Source: Candidatus Thorarchaeota archaeon (lineage in GTDB: Archaea; Asgardarchaeota; Lokiarchaeia; Sigyniarchaeales; SOKP01). From it: a stretch of DNA of 64,000 nucleotides. The notes under the pieces are model-generated. The model ran no database searches. It saw nothing but the letters and a program-made list of their open reading frames with translations, and was not told where the DNA came from. Made by a program: the position numbers and the translations under genes. Below, piece by piece: positions 26,417 to 36,460 of the stretch. Location of the stretch: positions 22,945 to 86,944 of the forward strand of contig JBHLRJ010000001.1 of NCBI GenBank assembly GCA_048882645.1. Reading direction: 5' to 3'. The number at the start of each line of letters is the position of its first letter. The first letter of the stretch is position 1.

Positions 26417-27912
26417 TTTTTAAATAATTGCTCTTCCATAGTTGCTGAGCTATTATAAATGATTTTGGTTTGAACCATCTCTTGCGGATAATATTTTATT
26501 CCAGGAGGAAAGGAACTATCTTTCCAGCCTCCTAAAGCAGTACTAATATTAGCTTGCATAGGTTTTGAATTGATATAGAGACTTCCTGCTTGTAATTCAG
26601 TAACAAATTTATCTATATGCTTAGATGGAGTGTAAACCACAGCTCTCATTCCATAATTTGAATGATTTGCTAAAAAGATAGCATCTTTTAGGTCTTTGGC
26701 TTTGGTGATACTTCTTACAGGACCAAAGGCTTCCTCACGCCATAGAAATGGAGCTTTATTAAAATCAAGGATATTATCTCTTGGAATTTCAACTAAAGTT
26801 GGCTTATAAAATAATCCATAACTTTCTCCAGTATCTATTTTTTCAGCACCACATAAAACCTTTACGTCCTTATGTTTTTGGGCTTCATTAACCATCACAT
26901 CCATCATCATTAATATTCTCCTTGAACCTAATGGTCCAATATCGGTAGAACTATCTCGAGGATCTCCCATTTTAAGTGTGTCCATTTCTTTTAGTAACAT
27001 ATCGATATATTCATCATAAATATCTTGATGCACGATTATCCTTTTCATAGAAAAGCACTGCTGTCCTGAATTAGTATATGATGCTTCTACATTCCATTTT
27101 GCCACTAATTGCAAATTAACGCCAGGCATTACTATTCCAGCATCGTTTCCTGCACATTCGAATACAAAGTTTTTAAATGGTTGAGTTATCATATCTACAC
27201 CTAGATATTTTTGGATATTATTTTTCAAAAAATTTGCATAATCAATTAATATTTGCTTAGCAGTATGAGAGGCTGCAACGCAAACTATATTCTTAACCAA
27301 ATTCGATTCAATAAATACCTTTGTGGCAAAATCACCAGGACTAATTACTAAATCATAAGCTTTATTAAAGGGAAAATTACTATTATTAATTCTATCAATG
27401 CAATATTTCATTGTTAAAGGACATGCTGTAGAAGGTTTAATTATTGCAGGGTTACCCGTTAAGAAACTTGCCCCCCAAAAATACATAGGCAAACTCATAG
27501 GAGTATTGCGAGGTGTTATTCCAATAGTTAATCCCATAGGTTGTTTTTTTATTACAGAAACTTTATTTGTTTCTAGATCGGGAAGGTTCTCATCTTTTAA
27601 TTGAAAAACTCCACTTTCAAGCAACCAATCTATATTGTTATATGCTTTGGTTATCATCTGAAACTCCCATTCGGAATATTTAATGGGAAGACCTCCCTCT
27701 GCAACGATAATATTTTTAATTTTCTCTTTATCCTTAAGTAAAACTTTAGCGATATCCTTTATAACATCGAGTCTTTCATCGAGAGTAGTATGTAATAATT
27801 TATATTCCCATTTAGCGGTCTCTCTTATCTTTTTCTTTATTGATTCTTCGGTATCAGCTTCAAGTGAATCTAAAACTTCTCCAGTATATTTGTTTATGAT
27901 ATCTAGTTTCAT
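26413..27912 (-). CDS. aldehyde dehydrogenase family protein
   Basis: 499-aa ORF. It has a near-consensus Glu motif 'FECAGNDA', a Cys motif 'SGQQCFSMKR' and 'EEAFGPV'. Confidence 0.8.
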   Translation of the reverse strand: MKLDIINKYTGEVLDSLEADTEESIKKKIRETAKWEYKLLHTTLDERLDVIKDIAKVLLKDKEKIKNIIVAEGGLPIKYSEWEFQMITKAYNNIDWLLESGVFQLKDENLPDLETNKVSVIKKQPMGLTIGITPRNTPMSLPMYFWGASFLTGNPAIIKPSTACPLTMKYCIDRINNSNFPFNKAYDLVISPGDFATKVFIESNLVKNIVCVAASHTAKQILIDYANFLKNNIQKYLGVDMITQPFKNFVFECAGNDAGIVMPGVNLQLVAKWNVEASYTNSGQQCFSMKRIIVHQDIYDEYIDMLLKEMDTLKMGDPRDSSTDIGPLGSRRILMMMDVMVNEAQKHKDVKVLCGAEKIDTGESYGLFYKPTLVEIPRDNILDFNKAPFLWREEAFGPVRSITKAKDLKDAIFLANHSNYGMRAVVYTPSKHIDKFVTELQAGSLYINSKPMQANISTALGGWKDSSFPPGIKYYPQEMVQTKIIYNSSATMEEQLFKN

Positions 27913-27916
27913 TTTG

Positions 27917-28951
27917 TTAACACATCCTAATTCCTATTGCTTTTTTATTTGTTCCATTAGTTTTAATAAAGGCTTGATACCAGTCTACTGTTTTTGATAA
28001 TCCTTCTCGAATTGGTGTAATTTTATATCCTAATTTTTCAATAGCATTTTTTGAGGAAAATGCCCAATTATATTTCATTCCAATTATCATATCTGGGGTA
28101 ATGTAAGGGATTCTTTTCTTTGTTATGTTTGCTTTAAACTTACATAATCGTCCATATAAAATTCCCATCCACATTGGGAGTTTTCTAGGTTTTTTCACAT
28201 CAGCTAATGTGGCAATTAAGTCAAGATAATCTCTGAGTTTTACATTCTCCCCACCAAATATAAATTGCTGACCTAAGACATCATTTCTACCAATTACACT
28301 TACCATTCCATCAATTACATCATCTAAATATGTCATGCAAAAAATGGAATCTCCTGTTCCGGGAAGTCCTAAAAATTGTCCTGCTACAATATCAAATAAC
28401 ATTTCACCATAAATATTGAAATCTCCGGGTCCATAAACAAATCCGGGGTAAAATATTATTGTCTTTAGACCCTTTTTAATATATTCTTTTATCTTTTCAC
28501 GTGCTAAGTATTTAGTTCGTTCATATTCATTAATAAAGAAATCTACATGAGGAAATGATTCATCTGTTGGTTCAGTTGAATCTTTTGGATTTGGACCAAG
28601 CGCACCGAAAGAACTCATATATAAGAGGATTAAATTGTTCTTTAAAGCTACTTCAGCAATGTTTTCTGTACCATGAACATTTATATCATAATATGAATCC
28701 TTTTGTTTTGCCCAAACTTTAACTAATCCCGCTAAATGAAAAATTGCATCAACACCGGCTACAGCTTTATGTAAACTGTTAATATCTCGAACATCTCCAA
28801 TTATATAGTCAATATCTTTCATTTCTTTAAAAGGAGTAATGTCGCTATTCTCTCTAACGAGTAGTTTTAATTTGTAGTCTAACTCATTAAGTTTTTTTAC
28901 CAAAGCGACACCAATAAACCCTGTTCCACCTGTTACTAATATAGAAACCAT
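27917..28951 (-). CDS. NAD-dependent epimerase/dehydratase (extended SDR)
   Basis: 344-aa ORF. 'VTGGTGFIGVALV' Rossmann motif and 'YERTKYLAR' (YxxxK). It lies 4 nt upstream of the ALDH gene, a likely operon. Confidence 0.8.
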   Translation of the reverse strand: MVSILVTGGTGFIGVALVKKLNELDYKLKLLVRENSDITPFKEMKDIDYIIGDVRDINSLHKAVAGVDAIFHLAGLVKVWAKQKDSYYDINVHGTENIAEVALKNNLILLYMSSFGALGPNPKDSTEPTDESFPHVDFFINEYERTKYLAREKIKEYIKKGLKTIIFYPGFVYGPGDFNIYGEMLFDIVAGQFLGLPGTGDSIFCMTYLDDVIDGMVSVIGRNDVLGQQFIFGGENVKLRDYLDLIATLADVKKPRKLPMWMGILYGRLCKFKANITKKRIPYITPDMIIGMKYNWAFSSKNAIEKLGYKITPIREGLSKTVDWYQAFIKTNGTNKKAIGIRMC

Positions 28952-29133
28952 AATATAAAAACCAAAATATTGATTAATAGCTTCGTATTTATGTTAAGAG
29001 TTACATTCAGAGTTAAATCTTGTGAATTTTTTCTGAAATTTTTAATTTTACTCCTAATCGAAAATCTTAATTTCTTCCATTCTTTTATTATTGTAATATA
29101 TAAAGAATTAGCCTAGCTAGAGGATATAAATTC

Positions 29134-30948
29134 TTGAAAAACCACGACTCACTAAGTCTTTCAGAATTTAAGTTTGAAGAAGATGATTTTTTAAAGGCTA
29201 GACACAAGGATGCAAGAAGCTGGGTAATAAAACATATTTTATATAAGTCGAATAAATATCTAGTAGTTTTATTCTTAACTCTAATTATTTTAACATCTTT
29301 TTTTGGGTCCTACATTTATGTCATAATAGGTAATGCGATTAAAGCTTTTGAGGGCGGAACACCTAATCAAGTAATTAGGTATACATTCATAATATTATTC
29401 CTTGGGTTAGGAACTCCTTTCGCGGGATTATTAGCAAGAACATTTCGAGAAATTGTGGCACAACGAATTGAGAGAGACGTACGCAGAGAATTTTATTTAA
29501 GTTTGCTCGGTAAAAGTCAATCTTTTCATGATAATCAGAGAATAGGGGATATTATGGCAAGAGCCACGAACGATGTAAGATTTTTGAATTTTTTAATATC
29601 GCCAGCGTTAGCCATGATATTGGATTCAGCTATTAATCTTATTATGCCAACCATACTAATTGGTGTCGAATATAGACTTGAATTAACCCTAATCCCGATT
29701 GTATTCAGTATAATTTTTATTCTTTATCTGAGAAGATTTCTAAAAAAATTAGCACCACCGACAATAGCACGGAGAATTGCCTTTGGTTTTATGAACACTG
29801 TTTTAAATGAATCTTTAAGTGGTATTGAGGTTGTGAAATCTATGGCTCAAGAGGAGGATAGCATTGAAAAATATAAAGAAAGTGCTCTAAGTTATCGGGA
29901 CGCTGGTATTGAACAAGGAGATATACAAGCAAAATATCTACCAATTTTATTTCTTTCTGTTACAGTTACTTTAGGTCTGACAATAAGTGCCTTATACGAT
30001 AGAACAATCATGCCTTTTGGTAATATTGTTGGTTTAGTAGGATTATTATTACGGTTACGTTTTCCTGTTAATGCTTCAATAAGGTCATTTCTAATGGTAC
30101 AAGAAGCGATGGTGGGAGCAAAAAGACTACTAGAGATAATGAATAAGAAATCAGAAATTTACGACTCTGAAGATGCTATTTCAAAAGAAATAGAAGGTAC
30201 AATTAAATTTGAAAACGTTACTTTCTCTTATCCTGGAACTCAAAATAAAGTCCTAAACAAAATTAATTTTGAAGTTTCTAAAGGTCAAACTGTCGCAATA
30301 GTCGGAACGACTGGATCTGGCAAAACTACCCTTACAAAGTTGATATCACGCCTTTATGATGTTGATAATGGTCGAATTTTAATAGATGGAATTGATGTTA
30401 GAAACTATTCATTGCAATCTCTACGAGATCAAATTGCATACATTGAACAGGATATCTTTATCTTTTCAGATTCACTTTTCGATAACATTTCATTTGGAAG
30501 AGAAACATCTGAGGAACAAGTAATAGCAGTTGCTCGAGAAGCACAAGCTCATCAATTTATAGAAGATTTACCGGATATGTACCAGACAGAAGTAGGAGAA
30601 AGAGGAGTACAACTAAGTGGAGGTGAACGCCAACGAGTTGCGATTGCTCGTGCTTTTCTTACAGAGCCAAAAATATTAATTTTAGATGATTCAAGCTCCG
30701 CAATAGATTCGGAAACAGAAGAAAGAATCCAAAAAGCCATATTTAAAATTTTAAAAGGAAGAACTACCTTTATTATTACTCATAGACTTTCTCAGATAAG
30801 ATGGGCTGACTTAATCCTAGTATTAAACCAAGGAGAAGTTGTTAATAAAGGATCGCATGAATATTTACTAAAAAATTCAAAAGAATATCAGAAAATCTTT
30901 CTCAAACGTTTTGATAAAACGCTAAATGAACTGTTAGGAGTGGATTAA
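29134..30948 (+). CDS. ABC transporter, fused permease/ATPase (exporter type), subunit 1
   Basis: 604-aa ORF. N-terminal 6-TM region, Walker A 'GTTGSGKTT', signature 'LSGGERQR' and Walker B 'ILILDD'. Confidence 0.9.
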   Translation: MKNHDSLSLSEFKFEEDDFLKARHKDARSWVIKHILYKSNKYLVVLFLTLIILTSFFGSYIYVIIGNAIKAFEGGTPNQVIRYTFIILFLGLGTPFAGLLARTFREIVAQRIERDVRREFYLSLLGKSQSFHDNQRIGDIMARATNDVRFLNFLISPALAMILDSAINLIMPTILIGVEYRLELTLIPIVFSIIFILYLRRFLKKLAPPTIARRIAFGFMNTVLNESLSGIEVVKSMAQEEDSIEKYKESALSYRDAGIEQGDIQAKYLPILFLSVTVTLGLTISALYDRTIMPFGNIVGLVGLLLRLRFPVNASIRSFLMVQEAMVGAKRLLEIMNKKSEIYDSEDAISKEIEGTIKFENVTFSYPGTQNKVLNKINFEVSKGQTVAIVGTTGSGKTTLTKLISRLYDVDNGRILIDGIDVRNYSLQSLRDQIAYIEQDIFIFSDSLFDNISFGRETSEEQVIAVAREAQAHQFIEDLPDMYQTEVGERGVQLSGGERQRVAIARAFLTEPKILILDDSSSAIDSETEERIQKAIFKILKGRTTFIITHRLSQIRWADLILVLNQGEVVNKGSHEYLLKNSKEYQKIFLKRFDKTLNELLGVD

Positions 30949-30953
30949 TTTAG

Positions 30954-32783
30954 ATGGCAAGAAGAATGGGATATTTTGGATTAGAAGAAGAGGGATATGA
31001 TAGAATCTATTCAGATAGGGAATTATTTTCAAGAGTTATAAAATTATTTAAACCTTATAAACGTTCAATGATAATTGTAATTATCTTCCTTGTTCTATCA
31101 TCAGTAACTTCTGGATTAACTCCTTTTTTAATGACTCAAATCATCAATCACCTCGAAATGAATTCAGATTCATTCATTTTAATATTGTTTATTATTATCA
31201 CCTTTGTCATAAATTCGTTAGGATACATATTTAACTATATAAATCAGCGTACTAAAAATCGAATGGTGTATGATGTATGTTACCATTTACGTAGGCAAAC
31301 CAATTTAAGAGTTCTTGAACAAGATCTCTCTTTTTTTGATAATTATCCAACTGGGAAAATAGTAAGTCGAATAAATTCAGATGGACAGAAATTTGGGGGT
31401 TCAATTACTATGTTTACGGATTTAATTGCCTCATTTTTAATGTTAATAATTGTAATAATCCCTATGATCATTTTAAGTCCTATATTAACAGGAGTTTTTA
31501 TGATAATGGTTCCAATAGTATTCGCATTTACTCTTTCTTTTCGTAAAGTGTCACGAAGAAAATCTATGTATGGTCAGCGTTCTTTGGCACAAGTGAATGC
31601 ATTTGTTCAAGAAACTATGTCAGGAATTCAAATAATAAAAAGTTTTCGTCAAGAATCCAGTCAATTCGATAATTTTGAGGCAATAAATAAACAATCTTAT
31701 AAAGTGAATATGAGTAGAGCTTTATATTTGACTATTCTATTTCCGAGCTTAGATTTCCTTATAGCTGTATTATATGCTTTACTTATCTTTTTTGGGGGTA
31801 ATTTTATGATCCAAGAAGAGCTAAATGGTTCAGTAATTTTTCTGTTTCTCCAAAGCTCGTTAATATTATTTGCACCTTTACTTCAAATTGCGAGCTTTTG
31901 GCCTCAATTTCAAGAAGGTTTAGCCGCTGCAGAAAGAATTTTTGCTCTTCAAGATTCTCAATCTTATATTAAACAAGGCAACTATGTTTTAGACCCAATA
32001 AAAGGAAAAATAGAGTTTGAAAATCTAAGATTCGAATATGTATCAGGACATCCAGTATTCGAGGATTTCAACTTAGAAATTCAACCAGGAGAAACTGTTG
32101 CAATAGTAGGACATACAGGTGCAGGAAAATCAAGCTTAACCAAGATATTATTGCGTTTATATGAATTCCAATCTGGAGATGTTCGTATAGATAATCATAG
32201 CATACGAGATATTTCACTTTCAGAATTTAGAAGATCTGTTGGTTTTATACCCCAAGTTCCATTTCTCTGGGCCGAAACAATAGAAAACAATGTTAAATAT
32301 GGGTCACCAGAAGCAACGAGAGAAGATGTAATATGGGCACTTGAACAATCCGGTGGTATGGAATGGGTTCAACATCTTGATAATGGGATTGAAACGTTTA
32401 TCCTAGAAAGGGGAAAAGTCTTATCAATGGGACAACGTCAGTTAATTGTATTCGCAAGGGTTTTATTGCAAAACCCATCAATTTTAATATTAGATGAAGC
32501 AACTGCATCAGTTGATCCCTTTACAGAATTACAAATTCAAGAAGCAATGGAAAGAGTTATGCAAGGACGCACTACTATAGTCATAGCTCACAGACTTACT
32601 ACTGTAAGACATGTCGATCGAATAATTGTACTCGATCATGGAAAAATAGTTGAGGAAGGTAATCATGAAACCCTTCTTCAGAATAATGGGTATTATGCAA
32701 AATTATACAATACGTATTTTCGACATCAATCATATGAATTTATTGAAGAGGTTAAAGCAACGCATATGGAAGAAACCTTATAA
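30954..32783 (+). CDS. ABC transporter, fused permease/ATPase (exporter type), subunit 2
   Basis: 609-aa ORF 5 nt downstream of subunit 1. Walker A 'GHTGAGKSS', degenerate signature 'LSMGQRQL' and Walker B 'ILILDE'. Probably a heterodimer partner. Confidence 0.9.
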   Translation: MARRMGYFGLEEEGYDRIYSDRELFSRVIKLFKPYKRSMIIVIIFLVLSSVTSGLTPFLMTQIINHLEMNSDSFILILFIIITFVINSLGYIFNYINQRTKNRMVYDVCYHLRRQTNLRVLEQDLSFFDNYPTGKIVSRINSDGQKFGGSITMFTDLIASFLMLIIVIIPMIILSPILTGVFMIMVPIVFAFTLSFRKVSRRKSMYGQRSLAQVNAFVQETMSGIQIIKSFRQESSQFDNFEAINKQSYKVNMSRALYLTILFPSLDFLIAVLYALLIFFGGNFMIQEELNGSVIFLFLQSSLILFAPLLQIASFWPQFQEGLAAAERIFALQDSQSYIKQGNYVLDPIKGKIEFENLRFEYVSGHPVFEDFNLEIQPGETVAIVGHTGAGKSSLTKILLRLYEFQSGDVRIDNHSIRDISLSEFRRSVGFIPQVPFLWAETIENNVKYGSPEATREDVIWALEQSGGMEWVQHLDNGIETFILERGKVLSMGQRQLIVFARVLLQNPSILILDEATASVDPFTELQIQEAMERVMQGRTTIVIAHRLTTVRHVDRIIVLDHGKIVEEGNHETLLQNNGYYAKLYNTYFRHQSYEFIEEVKATHMEETL

Positions 32784-32841
32784 ATATACCATAAAATTTA
32801 TTTACCCTTTATGTATACCTAAGCATTGAAAGATTCAAGTT

Positions 32842-33402
32842 TTGACAATGCGCTATAAGAATTATGAGAGATTCCTTTCTCAAATAGATTTACCTTTTCT
32901 AGAAACAGATGATAATGTTTTAGCAGAAATATTCAGATTATTAGAAAGGAAGTTTAGATTGCAAAGATCCTCAAAACAAAGTTTCATAGATTTAGGTTCT
33001 GGAAACGGAAAGGTAGTAATTTATTCTGCACAAAATTATGGAATACGTTCAATCGGTATAGAAATTGATCCAAACCTTGTAAAAGAAACTAAAGAAACTA
33101 TAAAATCTCTGAAGCAAGATAAAAAGCTTAGCAGAAAGAATTTAAGAAAAATCAAAATTTATAATGGAGATTTTTACACATACGATTTAACAAACCATAA
33201 TTATGTTTATCTCTATTCTTTACCTACAATGCAGAAATATCTTAAACATGTAATTGTTACAGCAAAAATAGGAACAATTTTTATTTCTCACCTGTACCCA
33301 CTAAAAATATTTAATCAGATTTTAGAATTAGAGTTAAAGCTAAACCATAATATATATGTCCCAAATAAACAAATCTCTACATATTTTTATAGAAGAATTT
33401 AA
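32842..33402 (+). CDS. class I SAM-dependent methyltransferase
   Basis: 186-aa ORF with motif I 'FIDLGSGNGKVV' and 'GIEIDPNL'. Confidence 0.6.
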   Translation: MTMRYKNYERFLSQIDLPFLETDDNVLAEIFRLLERKFRLQRSSKQSFIDLGSGNGKVVIYSAQNYGIRSIGIEIDPNLVKETKETIKSLKQDKKLSRKNLRKIKIYNGDFYTYDLTNHNYVYLYSLPTMQKYLKHVIVTAKIGTIFISHLYPLKIFNQILELELKLNHNIYVPNKQISTYFYRRI

Positions 33403-33528
33403 TTATCTCTAAGAAAAATTGATGTTCTTTATTACTCCAAAAAATATAATTATAAATAGAATAACTATAATTAAATATATAATTTTAAATTGAGAAAGAT
33501 ATCTTCATAAAAAAGGTGGAATAATCGA

Positions 33529-34236
33529 ATGACTGTCGCTTGGCAAGGTTGGTTAGATGGATTGACTGCATTTGGTATAATATTCTTTTGCGCTATCTTT
33601 GGATTATTAAGTTTTTATAAATCGATAAAATTAAAAGCTAAACTTCTCTCCGTTGCGGGTATACTTATGTTTTTTGTTGGTTTCTTATGGCTTGGGCCAA
33701 CAGTCGACTTTTTCGTAAAACTTATCACAGATCATAACATTTTCCCTCCTCAAATTTATGTTCTTCTAAGTTATTCTTGGGTTGCGCCAGCACTCTTGTT
33801 TGCAATGTATTTGGGTGGAGAACTTCTAATGCCAAAATTGAAATGGGTATTAGTGGGAGTATTCTTAGTATTAGGGGTAGTATTTGAACTTTTTCTTTGG
33901 TTCAGTCCTTGGCAATCATTTGATCATATTAGAGTAGATCCTCTAATTCCAAATGGTTTAATTGATGCTAGTTTTAATAATTCCCATCCCACTTTTATAT
34001 TAGTTGCTATATTCTTAGTTTCTGCCCTCATTTTCTTAGGAATAGGTTCTATAATTAAGGCAAAACAAACAACTGGCATATTAAGAAAGAAATTTATATA
34101 TATGGCGATCGGATTTATCATATTTGTTTTAAGTGGGGCTCTAGATTCAATTCTTACTATACCTGTGGCTATTGGAGCAGTTAGAGTAGTGATGATGACT
34201 TTTTCTATATGGGAATATCTGGGCTTAAAAACCTAA
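33529..34236 (+). CDS. integral membrane protein (multi-pass), unknown function
   Basis: 235-aa ORF with about 6-7 hydrophobic segments. Confidence 0.55.
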   Translation: MTVAWQGWLDGLTAFGIIFFCAIFGLLSFYKSIKLKAKLLSVAGILMFFVGFLWLGPTVDFFVKLITDHNIFPPQIYVLLSYSWVAPALLFAMYLGGELLMPKLKWVLVGVFLVLGVVFELFLWFSPWQSFDHIRVDPLIPNGLIDASFNNSHPTFILVAIFLVSALIFLGIGSIIKAKQTTGILRKKFIYMAIGFIIFVLSGALDSILTIPVAIGAVRVVMMTFSIWEYLGLKT

Positions 34237-34248
34237 ATTTAACTTCTC

Positions 34249-34257
34249 TTTTTTTTT
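34249..34257 (+). terminator. oligo-T tract (candidate terminator)
   Basis: Run of 9 T starting 13 nt after the stop codon of the 33529..34236 gene. Confidence 0.3.
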
Positions 34258-34301
34258 ATTTTTATTCTAAGATTAAAAATTTAGGACGGTTTAAGAAGAT
34301 G

Positions 34302-34661
34302 TCATTGATTTTTTAATTTTAACATTATATTTCTTAAATACATTTTTATAAAGTATCTTTGGCTATTACAATAATCCAACTTTTGACTTGTACTTAAATC
34401 TGGACAATTAGTTAATATAGATTGAATGTCATTTGATATGGCTAAATAATCTGCTTCTCCTCCAAATCTATTTGAATAAAGATCGTCAACTTTCTTATTT
34501 AAAATGTCCTTAGGCCTGGTTTCTGGAGTATTTAAATTAACTTCAAAAGAATATGTTTTTTTATAATTATTTAAAGAATTAATTAACAATTCTGAAATAT
34601 AATCAAAAGATTCTTTAGAATCAATATTATTGAACAAGTCTGAAACAAGATCGGAAATCAA
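34302..34661 (-). CDS. hypothetical protein
   Basis: 119-aa ORF with a TTG start. No motif recognised. The reading frame stays open upstream (see rejected notes). Confidence 0.4.
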   Translation of the reverse strand: MISDLVSDLFNNIDSKESFDYISELLINSLNNYKKTYSFEVNLNTPETRPKDILNKKVDDLYSNRFGGEADYLAISNDIQSILTNCPDLSTSQKLDYCNSQRYFIKMYLRNIMLKLKNQ

Positions 34662-35003
34662 ATTTCTATTCGTTCTTGAGTTATTTTTATAATTTAAGTT
34701 TTCGGATTTTGTAACACTTGAACTCTTTTCTTCGTATATTTCAGAATATGTGTTATTTACAAAGCCTTTAGAAATTATCTGCCAACTCAGAGAAATTTTT
34801 GATTTGACATATATTGCAGCAATTGCATATTTAAAATAAAAGCCTCTATTAGTTTAGTGGAAATTCGACAAATTTAGATATTGAGAGAAGGGTCTTATTA
34901 TATCTCAAAAGATTTGGAATTTACACAGATTTGACAAAAAAGATCATTTATAAAGCCATATAACGAATTAATATTATTTCACATATCCCATACTTGACAG
35001 ATC

Positions 35004-36407
35004 ATGAATCAAGAAAAAAACAACATAGAAAAGGAACATTCTCTAAAAAAAGCAATTCTATATAGTTTTGCCGGTTTTACGGATGTTATTTTCTTACAAT
35101 TTTTTACATTTTTAATTTTCACTTTTTATTATTCAGTCGTCCAATTAAACGTTGCGTTGATTACAATCGCCTTTATGATATGGAGTGTGTGGAATGCTAT
35201 AAATGATCCGATTCTCGGAGCCATTTCTGATAAAACAAGCTCTAAGTGGGGTCGTCGAAAACCATTCATTATAGCTGGGCTTGTTCCCCTACTATTTGTA
35301 AATGTATTGCTTTGGACTCCTCCTAAAGGCAATACCCTCGTCACTTTCTTCTATTTTCTTATTATAATTATTATTTGGGAGCTATTTTATACAATGTACT
35401 CATTAAATCAGACATCGTTGTTTCCGGAAATGTTTCGAGATTTAAAACAACGAACAAAAGCAAACACTTCAATCCAAATCTTTCAAGTTATCTCTTTATT
35501 GATTGCGTTTATTTTACCAGGTCTTTTTATCCCCCAATTTGATGATCCACAATATTTTTCTGAATATGGGATTGCTGCAGTAGTAATTTCAATAATATGT
35601 AATGCATCAGGATTCATTTTTATAATATTCGGAATAAAAGAAAGAGTTGAATTTTCTAGGGATCCTGAAAAAGCACCTTCTTTCCTAAAATCTCTGAAGT
35701 ACACATTTAGAAATAAATCATTTAGATTCTATTTAGTTGGTAATTTTGCTCTCTGGTATTCATTCGGTATGTTGCCTACCGTCTTTCCACTATATGGTGA
35801 TTTTGTTTTGGGAGTTGAAGAAGCTTTTATACAATCTTTAATGCTTGGATCTGGATTTATAGCAGCTATAATTTTCATGTTTTTTTGGAGAATTATAATT
35901 AACAAACTTGGGGCTAAAAAGTCTTATATTTTAGCATTAGCAGTATTTATTGTGACATTATCACCGTTCATGTTCATATCAAACAAATTAGGAGGTTTTA
36001 TTACTTTGATAGTCTGGGGATTCGGTTTAGCAGGCGTTTTAATTGTCAGGGATGTTACAATATCAGCAATAATAGATGAAGATGAGTTAATTACTGGAAT
36101 TAGAAGAGAAGCGGGATTCTATGGTATAAATGGTTTCATCGTGAAGTTAACTAATGTATTTATTTATATAACAATAGCACTTGTATTTATCGGGACAGAT
36201 TGGGCGATATTTGATCCCTCATCAATAGCAACAAAGAATGTGTTTGGTTTGCGTAGCTTAATGTTCATTTTTCCAACCATATTTTTAGTACTTGGTATAA
36301 TTTCAATGATTTTCTTTCCGATTAATAAGCAAAAATATGACAGGATAACTGAAGATGCTAGTAAGCTACACCAGGAAAAGAAAGAAAAAATATTATCTGT
36401 TGAATAA
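35004..36407 (+). CDS. MFS transporter, glycoside-pentoside-hexuronide (GPH) cation symporter family
   Basis: 467-aa ORF with 12 predicted TM helices and the GPH-type loop 'NDPILGAISDKTSSKWGRRKPFI'. Confidence 0.8.
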   Translation: MNQEKNNIEKEHSLKKAILYSFAGFTDVIFLQFFTFLIFTFYYSVVQLNVALITIAFMIWSVWNAINDPILGAISDKTSSKWGRRKPFIIAGLVPLLFVNVLLWTPPKGNTLVTFFYFLIIIIIWELFYTMYSLNQTSLFPEMFRDLKQRTKANTSIQIFQVISLLIAFILPGLFIPQFDDPQYFSEYGIAAVVISIICNASGFIFIIFGIKERVEFSRDPEKAPSFLKSLKYTFRNKSFRFYLVGNFALWYSFGMLPTVFPLYGDFVLGVEEAFIQSLMLGSGFIAAIIFMFFWRIIINKLGAKKSYILALAVFIVTLSPFMFISNKLGGFITLIVWGFGLAGVLIVRDVTISAIIDEDELITGIRREAGFYGINGFIVKLTNVFIYITIALVFIGTDWAIFDPSSIATKNVFGLRSLMFIFPTIFLVLGIISMIFFPINKQKYDRITEDASKLHQEKKEKILSVE

Positions 36408-36416
36408 ATAAATTCC

Positions 36417-36424
36417 TTTTTTTT
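36417..36424. terminator. oligo-T tract between convergent genes
   Basis: Run of 8 T about 10 nt after the MFS stop codon. Confidence 0.3.
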
Positions 36425-36460
36425 CTTAAACATATAGAAAGGGTCGAAAATAGATTTAAA

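Noticed and set aside
34662-34870. Upstream extension of the 119-aa ORF. The frame stays open for about 69 more codons and encodes a hydrophobic 'GFYFKYAIAAIYVKSKISLSWQIISKGF' segment.
   Set aside because: The extension has no ATG, GTG or TTG and no recognisable conserved domain to anchor it. Unlike the two reported cases, there is no family-based reason to believe it is translated.
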